Positions 20,033 through 30,228 are shown, numbered from the stretch's first letter. The stretch is DNA of 64,000 bases from Pseudomonadota bacterium (GCA_018261895.1 JAGTRT010000005.1:18353-82352), one strand, 5' to 3'. Program-made: numbers and translations. Notes: generated from the sequence alone by a model not told the origin.

Positions 20033-20566
20033 TTAGCGGGCGGCGGCGAGGCCGGCGCCGAGCAGGCTGCGGATGAGTTGCTGGGCGACGGCGGAGAGGG
20101 CTTCACGGCTCCAGCCGCTCTTGCCGCCAGCGCCGCTCCACAACGTGTCGCCGCTGGCGACGTCGATGATCTGCAGGGCCACGCCGGCGGCCGGCTCGCC
20201 ATCGACGCCGACCTTGTAACGCCATTCGTCGACGGCGCCGGTCAGGGCGTAGCGGGCGCCCTGCTGGCGGGCCCAGACGAGGGCTTCTTCGCGTTGCTTG
20301 CGTTCGCCGGCATCGAACAGGGCTTCCTGCTGCAGGCTGCTCGGGTAGCGCTTGATGCGGGCGATGCCGTGGCTGTGCAGGATGGTTTCAGCGATGGCTT
20401 CGGCGCGCTGGCCGGCGAGCGGCGTCTCGGTGTGGTTGGCGAAGGGCAGAACGACCCATTGTGCCTGGCGGTCGACGGTCGGTGCGGCGCTGCGGTCGAG
20501 GGTGGAGCAGGCGCCGAGCAGCAGGGCCGCAGCGGCGAGCAGGAGTGCGCGTAGGGTGGAAGTCAT
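20033..20566 (-). CDS. pelC: Outer-membrane lipoprotein PelC
   Basis: Lipobox LGAC, ETPLAGQRAE, EWRYKVGVDGEP. Confidence 0.92.
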   Translation of the reverse strand: MTSTLRALLLAAAALLLGACSTLDRSAAPTVDRQAQWVVLPFANHTETPLAGQRAEAIAETILHSHGIARIKRYPSSLQQEALFDAGERKQREEALVWARQQGARYALTGAVDEWRYKVGVDGEPAAGVALQIIDVASGDTLWSGAGGKSGWSREALSAVAQQLIRSLLGAGLAAAR

Positions 20567-20586
20567 GATGGGCTTTCGGGCTAAGG

Positions 20587-23500
20587 TCAGTAATGCAGTC
20601 GATAGTTGAGATTGAGGTCGCGGACACGGCCGGCGTTCTGTTGGATGCCGGATTTGCTCTGGCCCCAGCTCAGGCTGAAATGGTCGGCGCCGAGCAGGCT
20701 GCCGACGAGGCCGAGGCGCAGGTCGTAGCCGCCGCCAAGCTCGCTGTGCCAGGTGCCGGCGATGCTGCCGAAGGGGCGCAGGGCGCGGGTGTATTGGCGC
20801 TCGTAGCGCAGGTCGGTGCTCAGGCGGACGCCGTAGAAGTCGAAGTGTTCGGGCAGGAAGAAGGCGGGCTGGAGCGTGCCGAGGCTGGTGCCGGCCGGGA
20901 GCAGGGGGGCGAGGGCGGCATCGCTGTAGCTGGCTTCGCGCTGGAAACGGTGGGTGGACCAGAAGGCGCTGATTTCCAGGTCGCGACTGTCCTGGCGCAG
21001 GGCATGGGCGACGGTCAGGGTGCTGTGGGTGCCGCTGCCGATGGCGGCACCGGTCTGCAGGGCGTAGCGTTCGAACAGTTGTTCGAAGCTGATGCGGTCG
21101 AGGCGGGTCGGCTGGTAGCTCAGGCTGAAGGCGGCGCGGTCTTTCATGCCGGCGACACGCAGCGCGACGCTTTCCGGGCTGGCCAGGTGCTGGCCGAGGC
21201 CGATGCGCAGCGACAGGCGGTTGTCGATGCGGTGCTCGTGCTCGAGCTGGAGCGGTGTGTAGCTGGCCAGCGCGTGGCGTTGCTCGGCGAGGAGTGTGGT
21301 CTGGCCGTCGTCGTGGCGCCAGTGGATGCGCAGGCTGACGAATCTTTCATCCGGGACGTTGCGGATCACGGCGTCGTTGCGCTCGCGGCGTTGCAGGCTG
21401 CCGAGCTGGAGGTCGAGGGCCAGCCTCGGGGTCAGCGCGATGTGGCCGTCCACGGCGCCCAGTTGCTCGTCGATGGCACCGAGCTGGCGCTGGGCCAGCG
21501 CGAAGCCGGCGTGGTCGCTGAAGGCGAGCAGCGATTCGGCCAGTTGCATGTGCAGCGGGTCGTCGTCGCTCTGCTCGTCCTGCGCGTCGAAGGCATCGCT
21601 CTGGGCCAGGCGCAGGTCGCCGACGCGCTGGGCGGCGTTGATGCGGTCGTAGCGCGGCAGGCGTTCGCCGAACTGGTCGAGCAGCGGCCGCAGCGCGTCC
21701 CGGTCGTCGCTGGCCAGGGCGACCGAAAGCTCGGCCCACAACGGCCGGTTGGCCGCCTTGCCCTGGCTGCGGGCGTATTGTTGCCAGAGGTAGGCGCGCT
21801 CGGCGCTGTATTCCCCGGCCTCCTGCAGCCAGCCGATGGCGGTTTCCATGGCGGCGCTGGAGATTTTCTGGTCGGCGTCGCGGTCGAGGCGGAGCAGCTC
21901 GCGCAGCGCGGCGAGGCTGGTGTCGCCGCGGCCCTGGGTCATGAGCAGGCGGGTGCGGGCCAGGCGCCGGGCCGGATCGAGCTGATCGGCGTCCAGCCAG
22001 GATTTCAAATTTGGGCTTTTTTTCCGGTTGACCGTCAAAGCCTCCCGGGCGCGCCATTCTGTGCCGAGCAGGTGGCGGCGAAGGCGCCAGGCGCGGTCGG
22101 TTTGCTGGTTCTGGTCGAGGGCGTCGGCGTAGCCCATGAGCCAGAGGAAGTCGTCCCGGTGTTCGGCCAGGTGCGGCGTCAGGTAGCGGTCGAGGGCCAC
22201 CTTCGGGCGCGACAGGGCGAGGTAGGCTGCGGCCAGGCTGTCGTGCAGGTCGGCGTTGAGGCGCCAGGCCGGTTCGTGGCTGGCCAGGAAACGACGCAGG
22301 CCGGCCGCGTCGTTGCTGTCGATGAGCAGCCAGAGCATGGCGTTCTGGAGGAGCGTCGATGCCGGCGCCAGGCTGAGGGCGGCCGTGAGCTCGCGGCGGG
22401 CGTCGGCGAAGCGGCCGGTCTGGCGGTAGGCCGCGGCGCTCAGGCGCAGGAAGTCGGGCTGGCGGCGCAGGGTGGCCAGCGTGTCGTAGGGTGGGCTGGC
22501 GTTCGGCGACATGCGGCCGAGCAGGGCGACGATGGTCGTCCATTGGTTGTCGGCGGCGTACAGGCTGAGCGCCTTGGTCAGGTGGCGGGGCTGGGCGAAG
22601 CGCTCCCAGGCGCGCACGGCCGCGCTGGCTGCTTCCTGCGGGTAGGCGTCTTCGAGCAGGCGGATCAGCGCGTCGAAATCTGCGGCTTCGGCCAGCGTGC
22701 TCCGGCTGAGCGTGGTGAAGGCGCCGATCGCTAGGTCCTCGCGCTGTTCGGTCTGCGCCAGTTGCCCCGTCAGGCGCAGCAGTTCCCGGCTCTCCTCGTT
22801 GTCCGCGCCAACCTTTTGCCGGGCCAGTTCCAGCCAGTGCAGCGCATCGCTGTTGTGGTCGTGGAGCAGGGCCAGGGTCGCCGCCCGGATGGCGCGCGGG
22901 GGCGTCGCTTCGGCCGGGGTCGCGAAGAGGCGTTGCCAGGTGTCCAGCGCCAGTGTCGGGTCGGCCGCCCGGTCGGCGAGATCGGCCATCATTTCCAGGG
23001 TGTACGGACGGTTGGTGCGGCGATGGTGGCGGGCCAGGAAATCGAGCGCGACGCGCGGCTCGCCCTGGCGTTCCCAGGCGGCGACGAGTTCGCCGAGGTG
23101 GCGCGGTGCGTCGGGTTGTCTGGCCAGCTGGTACTGGAGGGCGTCGATCAGGGCGTGGTCGTTGAGCAGGCCGGGGGCGAGGCGGAGCACCGCTTGCCAG
23201 GCATCGTCGCGTTGCGTCTGGCGGGCGAGGTGCCACCAGTGCTCCAGCGCCATTTCCGGGCGGTTGGTCCATTCGGCCACCTTGGCCAGGCGTTCCCGCC
23301 ACTGCGGGTCTTCCGGCGACTGGCGGACGGCCGAGGCGGCTACTTTCCAGGCGTCTTCGAGCTTGCGGTTTTCGAGGAAGACCTCGTAGCCAAGCGTGTA
23401 GGTTTTGTCATCGAAAGCCAGTTGCGGCCCGCCGGGCGGTGCCGAGGCGCGCAGCGACACCTTTTGCGCCCAGGCGCCACCGTGTGCGTCGGCCAGCCGG

Positions 23501-24399
23501 ACCTGTTCGAGCTGGCGCAGGAGGCTGAGGCGCAGCAATTTGCGCACGTAACGGTCGGCCACCTCGGGCTTGCCGGCGGCGCGGGCGAGCTGGGTGACGA
23601 AGAAGAGGGTGTCGTGATCGTCGGCCAGCGGGCCGATCTCGCGTTCGGCGGTGTTCAGCGCCTCGTTCATGAGGTTGCCCGACTGCAGCGTGCGCAGGGC
23701 GGTCAGGTAGTAGGCGCGGGCCTGGTCGGGCTGGCGGGTGCTGCGCCGGGCCTGCAGGTACAGCTCGGCGCTCTGCCGGTAATGGGCGTGGGCAAGCGCC
23801 GCCTTGCCGCCCTGGGCATACCACTCGGCCGCCTGCTCCGGCGATCCGGCGCTTTCGGCGACCTGACGGTAAAGCGCAGCGCCGATGGCCGCTTCGCCGA
23901 AGGCGAAGGCCTTGCCGGCGATCTCGATCCTTTTCTCGGTCGACCAGTCCTCGGCGGCCAGTTCGGCCAGTTGCCGCCCCAGTTGGGCGCGGACGGCCAG
24001 CGGCTGCGCCGTGTTCCGGATGGGCAGGTTCCGGAAGTCATGCACGCCGGCCTGCCAGAGCAGCCAGAGGGCTTCGCGCCGGATGGCGGGGTCGGCGGCA
24101 TCGAGCGCGGGCTGCAGGGTGTCGCGCAGCGCGCCGAAGTTGCCGTGTTCGAGGGCCTGGGTCGCGAGCAGCAGGCGCAGGCGTGGATTGTCCGGGTCGG
24201 TGCGCAGCAGGTTGGTCACGTAGGCGCTGCTCAATTCGCTTTCCGGCGCCTTGACGACGCGTTGAATGAGGTTCTGCTGCGGATAGATCAAAACCAGGGC
24301 GATGACGACCAGGCCGCCCAGCAGGAGCAGCAGCCAGGCCGGCGCCAGATGCGGGCGCTCAGCGTCCCGGGCAGCGGATGTCGATCGTTGCAGCAGCAT
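20587..24399 (-). CDS. pelB: TPR/porin protein PelB
   Basis: 1270 aa, TPR-like helical region plus C-terminal beta-barrel; lies between pelA and pelC. Confidence 0.88.
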   Translation of the reverse strand: MLLQRSTSAARDAERPHLAPAWLLLLLGGLVVIALVLIYPQQNLIQRVVKAPESELSSAYVTNLLRTDPDNPRLRLLLATQALEHGNFGALRDTLQPALDAADPAIRREALWLLWQAGVHDFRNLPIRNTAQPLAVRAQLGRQLAELAAEDWSTEKRIEIAGKAFAFGEAAIGAALYRQVAESAGSPEQAAEWYAQGGKAALAHAHYRQSAELYLQARRSTRQPDQARAYYLTALRTLQSGNLMNEALNTAEREIGPLADDHDTLFFVTQLARAAGKPEVADRYVRKLLRLSLLRQLEQVRLADAHGGAWAQKVSLRASAPPGGPQLAFDDKTYTLGYEVFLENRKLEDAWKVAASAVRQSPEDPQWRERLAKVAEWTNRPEMALEHWWHLARQTQRDDAWQAVLRLAPGLLNDHALIDALQYQLARQPDAPRHLGELVAAWERQGEPRVALDFLARHHRRTNRPYTLEMMADLADRAADPTLALDTWQRLFATPAEATPPRAIRAATLALLHDHNSDALHWLELARQKVGADNEESRELLRLTGQLAQTEQREDLAIGAFTTLSRSTLAEAADFDALIRLLEDAYPQEAASAAVRAWERFAQPRHLTKALSLYAADNQWTTIVALLGRMSPNASPPYDTLATLRRQPDFLRLSAAAYRQTGRFADARRELTAALSLAPASTLLQNAMLWLLIDSNDAAGLRRFLASHEPAWRLNADLHDSLAAAYLALSRPKVALDRYLTPHLAEHRDDFLWLMGYADALDQNQQTDRAWRLRRHLLGTEWRAREALTVNRKKSPNLKSWLDADQLDPARRLARTRLLMTQGRGDTSLAALRELLRLDRDADQKISSAAMETAIGWLQEAGEYSAERAYLWQQYARSQGKAANRPLWAELSVALASDDRDALRPLLDQFGERLPRYDRINAAQRVGDLRLAQSDAFDAQDEQSDDDPLHMQLAESLLAFSDHAGFALAQRQLGAIDEQLGAVDGHIALTPRLALDLQLGSLQRRERNDAVIRNVPDERFVSLRIHWRHDDGQTTLLAEQRHALASYTPLQLEHEHRIDNRLSLRIGLGQHLASPESVALRVAGMKDRAAFSLSYQPTRLDRISFEQLFERYALQTGAAIGSGTHSTLTVAHALRQDSRDLEISAFWSTHRFQREASYSDAALAPLLPAGTSLGTLQPAFFLPEHFDFYGVRLSTDLRYERQYTRALRPFGSIAGTWHSELGGGYDLRLGLVGSLLGADHFSLSWGQSKSGIQQNAGRVRDLNLNYRLHY
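22002..22035 (-). repeat. Dispersed 34-bp motif, copy 3 (inside pelB, sense)
   Basis: Reverse complement reads ACGGTCAACCGG AAAAAA AGCCC AAATTT GAAAT. Confidence 0.9.
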
Positions 24400-27139
24400 C
24401 TGGGCGCTTGAAGCGGGTGGCGGGTTGGCCGTCGAAGATCGCGGTCCGGCCGGCGGCGGCCGGCTTGTCGTTGATCCGGGTCGAACAGCCGTCCAGGTTG
24501 GCGAGACGGAAATCGAGGGGGGCGTGGGCGCTCAGCCGGAAATGCAGGGTCGTGCCGGCATTGTCCTGGCGGCGCGACCAGTCGTGCAGCCGGCCATTGG
24601 CGTCGACGAGATAGGGCTGGCGGGCGGGCGCCGTCGCTGCGGCAAACCAGGCGGCATCGTCGGCGAGGTGCAGGTAGCGGCCTTCGCGTCCGGGGCTGAA
24701 GCCGGCAACGCCGGCGGCCGTGTCGATGGCGGGGCGCATGTCGGCCGGCAGGCGCAGGGTCCGCAGGTGGCCATCGCCGCGAATGCGCCAGCCGTCGCCT
24801 TCGCGGGCGATGGCCATGCTGTCGAAATCGAGCGCCTTGCGGATGTATTCCGAGGCAAAGACCGGGTGCAAGGCCTGGCTGGCCGCCCAGGCGAAGGCCG
24901 TGTGCAGCGCCTTGAGACCAGCCGGCTTGCTGGCGGAATAGGTGTGGTAATAAATGCCGACCGGCTTGAGACGGCGTGGGCTCTCGGTCATCGCAAAGGT
25001 GTCGATGACCTGTGCGTAGCCATAGAACGGGCCGCGCCAGAGATTGGTGTACAGGTTCTCGTTGGTGATCGGTGCGTAGATTTGCAGGAAACCCCGGGTG
25101 CGGATGCCGATCGGGCCGACGGCGGTGAGCGAGGGGTGGCTGCGGGAGATGTAGGTGTCGCCGCCATTCATGTTGAGCAGGCCGGCGGCCTGGGCGATGC
25201 CGAGTGCGTCGGGGCCGGGATTGGTGTCGCCGGACCACAGCATGATGTCGACGGGCTTGCCGGGCGGTGCCAGTCGCCGGCGAATGTAGTCGACGGAGCC
25301 GGTGATTTCGCGCCTGAGGTCGAGGGCGTAGCCGGGGATGTCGAGGTGGTAATACGCTTCGCCCGATTCCTTGAAAATGCCGTGCCGGACGTTGTCCCAG
25401 CGGAAGGGGTGGGAGTACGAGTGGCTGGCGATCTCGACGTGGGGCAGGGCAAAGATCTGGCGGGCGACCGCCTCCATGCGCGGGCTCAATTTCGGGTAGA
25501 GGCCGTCCGGGGCGACTTCCGACTCGATGACCGACGCCGCCGTGGGGACCGGGTATTTCTGCAGGATCTCGCGGTACAGGACCTCGGCGGCCAGCGGCTG
25601 GCCGGGCATCTCGGCCACCGACGGAAAGCCGTCGCCGTCGATGTGCGAGAAGAGCAGGCGCCGCCCGTTCTCGGTCGTCACGTCGGGGACCGGCATGGGT
25701 GGCAGGCGCAGCGCGGTGCTCAGGAAGGCGAACGGATTGATGACCCAGCGCACCCGGTCGGCGCCGGGGATGCCGTCCACCACAAATGGATCGAGGACGA
25801 AGCCCCCCCAGGGCGTGATGGCGGCACCGGTGAACGTTTCGTTCTTTCCGTCGCGCAGGGCGAGCAGAATCCGGTCGGACGGATTCGTCGTGCGGATCGG
25901 TGTGACGCGACTGCGGTCCGGCTTGGGCGGCGTCTCGAAGCCGACCATGGCGTCTGCCAGCTCTACCTTGACCGTCCCGGCAGGCGGAGCGCCTGCGGCA
26001 AGATTGAAACTCTGCGCCATGCTGCGCTCGATCGGGTAGCCGAATTCGCCGAGCACGGCGATCGGGATTCCGTGTTCCCGCTTGTCCTGCAGCCAGCGGC
26101 CGAGCTTTTTGCCCTGCACTTCTTCGAGCGCACCGGAGAACCAGGTCACGATGCCGGCATAGCGGTCGGCATGGACGTCGGCGGGAATCTCGTTCAGGAC
26201 GCTGGCGTAGTCGGCGATGTAGCCCATGTGGTTGATGGGCATTTCCAGGTAGCGATGGGCGTTGCTGAACTTGACCGAGGGCGCTTCGCGGCTGTCGTGG
26301 ATGATCAGGATGCGTCGGCGTACGGGCTCGACGGCGCCGATGCCGACCGTGGCCAGGGCCTGGTCGCTGATCCAGGGCGTGAAGCCGAGTTGGCGGATCT
26401 TTTCGGCCGTGGCCCGCATCGCGACCCGATCATCGGGTGGCAGGTAGTCGATGGCCAGAATCGGCAGGCAGTCGCGTTCGCGTATGGTCCTGAGCTGGCC
26501 AATCAGCCATTCGCGGTCGGCGGCGGGGACGTCGACGTAATGCCTGGTGCCGGCATTCCATCCCTGGAAAAGGGATTCGGCGGCCACCATCTGAATCTTG
26601 TCGCGAACGCGGGGTACGATTTCAAAACCACGGTTGAGGATGAGCTTGATGCCGGGAAAACGCTCGTGCAGCGTCGCGATGACCTTGACCAGTCCGGCTT
26701 GCTGGGCTTCTTCGTCGAATCCGGCGGCCAGGCGGTAAGAGTCCAGCGTGTCGAGGAAAAAGCCGCGGTAGCCCTTGTGCCAGAGCGGTGCGATGACCCG
26801 GTCGGCAAAAAAGGTGGGCCAGTCGGCCGGGGTCTGGTCGATGACGACTGAACCCCAGTCCATGTTGCGGGCCATTTTCCAGGCCTCGGGGATGTCCTTG
26901 AAGTAGGCGCGTCCCGGATGGGCCTCGGCGACGGCCGCGTAGGCGTACAGCTGGCTATGGGGGCGTTGGTAGCGTTGCGGATCGTGGCCATGGTCAGGAT
27001 CGACCACGACGATATCGAATGCCCTGAACTCGGTTAGCGGAAGCGACTTTCCGTAGTAAAGCGCAATGGCAACTTCGCAGTTTCCCGGCGGCGACAGGAT
27101 GATGCCGAAAAATACGAAAAGCAGGCGAAACCAGGCCAC
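24359..27139 (-). CDS. pelA: Bifunctional glycoside hydrolase/deacetylase PelA
   Basis: GFFLDTLDSY, NRGFE, PDVTTENGRR, HIDGDGF, ASHSYSHPF, YYHTYS. Confidence 0.92.
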   Translation of the reverse strand: MAWFRLLFVFFGIILSPPGNCEVAIALYYGKSLPLTEFRAFDIVVVDPDHGHDPQRYQRPHSQLYAYAAVAEAHPGRAYFKDIPEAWKMARNMDWGSVVIDQTPADWPTFFADRVIAPLWHKGYRGFFLDTLDSYRLAAGFDEEAQQAGLVKVIATLHERFPGIKLILNRGFEIVPRVRDKIQMVAAESLFQGWNAGTRHYVDVPAADREWLIGQLRTIRERDCLPILAIDYLPPDDRVAMRATAEKIRQLGFTPWISDQALATVGIGAVEPVRRRILIIHDSREAPSVKFSNAHRYLEMPINHMGYIADYASVLNEIPADVHADRYAGIVTWFSGALEEVQGKKLGRWLQDKREHGIPIAVLGEFGYPIERSMAQSFNLAAGAPPAGTVKVELADAMVGFETPPKPDRSRVTPIRTTNPSDRILLALRDGKNETFTGAAITPWGGFVLDPFVVDGIPGADRVRWVINPFAFLSTALRLPPMPVPDVTTENGRRLLFSHIDGDGFPSVAEMPGQPLAAEVLYREILQKYPVPTAASVIESEVAPDGLYPKLSPRMEAVARQIFALPHVEIASHSYSHPFRWDNVRHGIFKESGEAYYHLDIPGYALDLRREITGSVDYIRRRLAPPGKPVDIMLWSGDTNPGPDALGIAQAAGLLNMNGGDTYISRSHPSLTAVGPIGIRTRGFLQIYAPITNENLYTNLWRGPFYGYAQVIDTFAMTESPRRLKPVGIYYHTYSASKPAGLKALHTAFAWAASQALHPVFASEYIRKALDFDSMAIAREGDGWRIRGDGHLRTLRLPADMRPAIDTAAGVAGFSPGREGRYLHLADDAAWFAAATAPARQPYLVDANGRLHDWSRRQDNAGTTLHFRLSAHAPLDFRLANLDGCSTRINDKPAAAGRTAIFDGQPATRFKRPDAAATIDIRCPGR

Positions 27140-27213
27140 TTTGGAAAAATCGCTTCAAAAAAAGCGATTAGACACCGCCAAAGTTGTCGGGTCAAAGCGA
27201 CATGGTGAAGTTT

Positions 27214-27229
27214 TGTGAGATTAATCACA
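27214..27229. promoter_or_regulatory. CRP-family consensus site upstream of pelA
   Basis: TGTGA-gattaa-TCACA, an exact TGTGA-N6-TCACA match about 75-90 bp upstream of the pelA start. Confidence 0.65.
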
Positions 27230-27285
27230 ATGGCCTGAATTCTGTGCTAAGCCCATCTATACAAGGGCTTGTCACAAAATCAGCA

Positions 27286-28383
27286 TCAAGAAATTGCCAG
27301 CATTCGCTCTAGTGCGAGTTTTGCCATTTTGGTCTCGTTTTCAGGTACTTTTATCTGATTGACAACTTTTCCGTCGACGAGATTTTCCAGCGTCCAGGCC
27401 AGGTGCTGCGGGTCGATGCGTTGCATGGTCGAGCACATGCAGATCGTGGTCGCCATGAACTGGACGATCTTGTTCTGCGGCAAGACTTCCTTGGCCAGGC
27501 GGTCGACCAGATTCAGTTCGGTGCCGACCAGCCAGCGCGTGCCTTCCGGTGCTTCCTTGATGGTCTTGACGATGTGTTCGGTCGAGCCGACGTAATCCGA
27601 GGCGGCGCACACTTCGAAGTTGCATTCCGGGTGGGCGATGACCTTGCCTTCGGGGTATTTGGCGCGGAAGGCGTCGATGTGCGACTTCTGGAACATCTGG
27701 TGTACCGAGCAGTGGCCCTTCCAGAGCAGGATTCTGGCCTTCTTGATCTGCTCCGGGGTCAAGCCGCCCAGTTCGAGATCGGGGTCCCAGACGACCATTT
27801 CGTCCATCGGGATGCCCATGTTGTGGCCGGTCCACCGGCCGAGATGCTGGTCGGGGAAGAACAGGATTTTCGGGCGGCGCTCGAAAGCCCATTGGGCGAT
27901 GGTGCCGGCGTTCGACGAGGTGCAGACAATGCCGCCATGTTCGCCGCAGAAGGCTTTGAGGTCGGCGGCCGAGTTGATGTAGGTGACCGGCGTGACGAGT
28001 TCTTCGGCGTTGATAACGCTGTTCAGTTCGCGCCAGCAGCGCGTGACCTTGGCCAGGTTGGCCATGTCGGCCATCGAACAGCCGGCGGCGAGGTCGGGCA
28101 GGATGGCTTTCTGGTTCGGCGCCGTCATGATGTCGGCGACTTCGGCCATGAAGTGCACGCCGCAGAAGATGACGTATTCGGAATCGGTCTGCGATGCCAG
28201 TCGCGACAGCTTCAGCGAGTCGCCGGTCAGGTCGGCGTATTGATAGACGTCGGCACGCTGGTAGTGATGGCAGAGGATGACGGCGCGCTTGCCGAGCTTG
28301 GCGCGGGCGATGCGGATGCGTTCATGGCACGCCTCGTCGGAGAGGCGATTGAAGGGGTCGAAGGCGATGGTGGCTGTTTGCAT
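27286..28383 (-). CDS. nadA: Quinolinate synthase
   Basis: HHYQR, GDSLKL, FCGVHFMAE, AGCSMA, YINS, CTSSNA, AHPEC. Confidence 0.95.
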   Translation of the reverse strand: MQTATIAFDPFNRLSDEACHERIRIARAKLGKRAVILCHHYQRADVYQYADLTGDSLKLSRLASQTDSEYVIFCGVHFMAEVADIMTAPNQKAILPDLAAGCSMADMANLAKVTRCWRELNSVINAEELVTPVTYINSAADLKAFCGEHGGIVCTSSNAGTIAQWAFERRPKILFFPDQHLGRWTGHNMGIPMDEMVVWDPDLELGGLTPEQIKKARILLWKGHCSVHQMFQKSHIDAFRAKYPEGKVIAHPECNFEVCAASDYVGSTEHIVKTIKEAPEGTRWLVGTELNLVDRLAKEVLPQNKIVQFMATTICMCSTMQRIDPQHLAWTLENLVDGKVVNQIKVPENETKMAKLALERMLAIS

Positions 28384-28403
28384 GCTGAACTCTGATCGGG
28401 GCT

Positions 28404-28437
28404 ATTTTGATTTTGGCCGTTTTTTCCGGTTGACCGT
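28404..28437 (-). repeat. Dispersed 34-bp motif, copy 4 (intergenic, rhodanese-nadA)
   Basis: Reverse complement reads ACGGTCAACCGG AAAAAA CGGCC AAAATC AAAAT. Confidence 0.9.
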
Positions 28438-28441
28438 GGGA

Positions 28442-28894
28442 TTATCCCTGAATCCAGGGCAAACCGGCCTTGCGCCAGCCGCCGATGGTATTGCGATGTC
28501 CGTTGGCGTCCTTGTCGCCCTCGAAGCCTTCCAGGACGTTGTAGCAGTTGTTGTAGCCGGCTTCGGTGGCCGCGGTGGCCGCTGCGATCGAGCGGACGCC
28601 GCTGCGGCAAAGGAACATGACCAGGGCTTCGGGGTCGACCTGGCGTTTGAGCTCGGCCACGAAATTCGGGTTGCGAACACCGCCCGGATACTGATTCCAC
28701 TCGATTTCCACCGCACCGGGAACCCTGCCCACCCAGTCCCATTCGGCGCGGGTCCGGACATCGACGATCCTGGCGCCCGGCGCCAGGCGCAAGAGTTCGC
28801 TGGCTTCCAGTGGCGTCAGTTCGCCCTGGTAGGCGCGTTCCAGCGCCTGGCCGCGGCCCTGGGCCAGGCTGAGTATCTCGGTTAACTTTCCCAT
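28442..28894 (-). CDS. Rhodanese-like domain protein
   Basis: VDVRTRAEW, FLCRSGVRS, NVLEGFEG, GGW. Confidence 0.88.
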   Translation of the reverse strand: MGKLTEILSLAQGRGQALERAYQGELTPLEASELLRLAPGARIVDVRTRAEWDWVGRVPGAVEIEWNQYPGGVRNPNFVAELKRQVDPEALVMFLCRSGVRSIAAATAATEAGYNNCYNVLEGFEGDKDANGHRNTIGGWRKAGLPWIQG

Positions 28895-28941
28895 AATCTC
28901 CAACTGCTAAAATGGCAGGTTAACAGTATAGGGTAGACATC

Positions 28942-30114
28942 ATGGGACTTGAGCATTCCCCTCCGGCCTCGGCCACGCCGGCCGAGCGGTCCGCCGAGGC
29001 GCAAAAGGCGACCTGGGTCAGCGTTGCCGTCAATCTGGTCATGACCGTAGCCCAGTTGATCGTCGGCTGGCTGGCACACTCGCAATCGCTGGTTGCGCAT
29101 GGCCTGCACTCGTTTTCCGATCTGCTCTCAGATTTCCTCGTGATCTACGCCAGTCGGCAAAGCGCCCATCCGGCCGACCAGGCCCACCCCTACGGTCACG
29201 CCCGAGTGGAAACCGCTGCAACGCTGGTGCTCGGTGCCTCGCTGACCCTGATCGGGGGCGGCATTCTGTGGGAATCCGGTATGCGCCTGCAGCATATCGA
29301 AAACCTGCCGACCGTCGAATACTCGGCGCTGTGGATCGCTGTCGCCACGGTGGTCGCCAAGGAAGGCCTGTATCGCTACCTGATCCGGGTAGCCGAGAAA
29401 CTCCGTTCGCAGCTGCTCATCGGCAACGCCCTGCACACCCGGGCCGATGCCGCCTCGGCGCTGGTCGTCGTCGTCGGCATCGGCGGCGCGTTGATGGGCT
29501 GGTCGTTCCTCGACTTGCTGGCAGCCGCCCTGATGGGCTTCATGATCCTGCACATGGGCGCCGGACTGGCCTGGGGTGCGATCAAGGAGTTGATCGATAC
29601 GGGGCTCGACGACGTGCAGGTCGAGGCTATCCGGAAAACCCTGCTGGCGACGCCCGGTGTGCGCGACCTCCACGGCCTGCGCACGCGACGCATGGCGCAT
29701 CAGGCGCTGGTCGATACCCATGTTCAGGTCGATTCGCGCATCAGCGTTTCGGAAGGCCATCGCATTGCCGAGTCGGCGCGGGCCCGGGTTCTGCGCGAAC
29801 ATCCCGAGGTGCTCGATGTTCTGGTTCACATCGATCCGGAAGACGACATGGATCCGGATAGCTATGCCACGAGGCTGCCGGCCAGAGATGCCTTCCTCAG
29901 TGAGCTGAAACCCTTGCTGGCCGGTCTGCCCGAACCGGAAAAAATCGTGCTGCATTACCTGAAGGGCAAAATTGAAGCCGAGCTCTATTTCAGCCACCTC
30001 TTGTTCGAAAACGGGGAGGCGCTCCTGCAGGCCGAAAAGCAAGTGGCCGATCGCCTGAAATCGCACCCCGGCATTTGCCGAATATCACTGAATTGTCTGG
30101 TTGCACCAAAATAG
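28942..30114 (+). CDS. Cation diffusion facilitator family transporter
   Basis: HSFSD, HPYGHARVE, HTRAD, VHIDP. Confidence 0.9.
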   Translation: MGLEHSPPASATPAERSAEAQKATWVSVAVNLVMTVAQLIVGWLAHSQSLVAHGLHSFSDLLSDFLVIYASRQSAHPADQAHPYGHARVETAATLVLGASLTLIGGGILWESGMRLQHIENLPTVEYSALWIAVATVVAKEGLYRYLIRVAEKLRSQLLIGNALHTRADAASALVVVVGIGGALMGWSFLDLLAAALMGFMILHMGAGLAWGAIKELIDTGLDDVQVEAIRKTLLATPGVRDLHGLRTRRMAHQALVDTHVQVDSRISVSEGHRIAESARARVLREHPEVLDVLVHIDPEDDMDPDSYATRLPARDAFLSELKPLLAGLPEPEKIVLHYLKGKIEAELYFSHLLFENGEALLQAEKQVADRLKSHPGICRISLNCLVAPK

Positions 30115-30149
30115 TGCGGTTATTGCTTGTCTTGCACGATCATGGTGCG
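30102..30149. promoter_or_regulatory. Tandem NtrC enhancer sites
   Basis: TGCACCAAAATAGTGCG (30102-30118) and TGCACGATCATGGTGCG (30133-30149), against consensus TGCACC-N5-GGTGCA, upstream of glnA. Confidence 0.85.
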
Positions 30150-30211
30150 TGAAATTCTTGCTTAAACGCCGCATCTCATTGTGGCAAAATGCAATATTGG
30201 CTCACGGACGT

Positions 30212-30228
30212 TTGGCATGTTTTCTGCT
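30212..30228 (+). promoter_or_regulatory. Sigma54 -24/-12 promoter of glnA
   Basis: TTGGCATGTTTTCTGCT (GG-N10-GC). Confidence 0.85.

Noticed and set aside
20593-26851. Long antisense ORFs (713, 549 and 849 aa) opposite pelB and pelA, and similar ones elsewhere
   Set aside because: These are shadow ORFs expected from high-GC codon bias and have no recognisable motifs.
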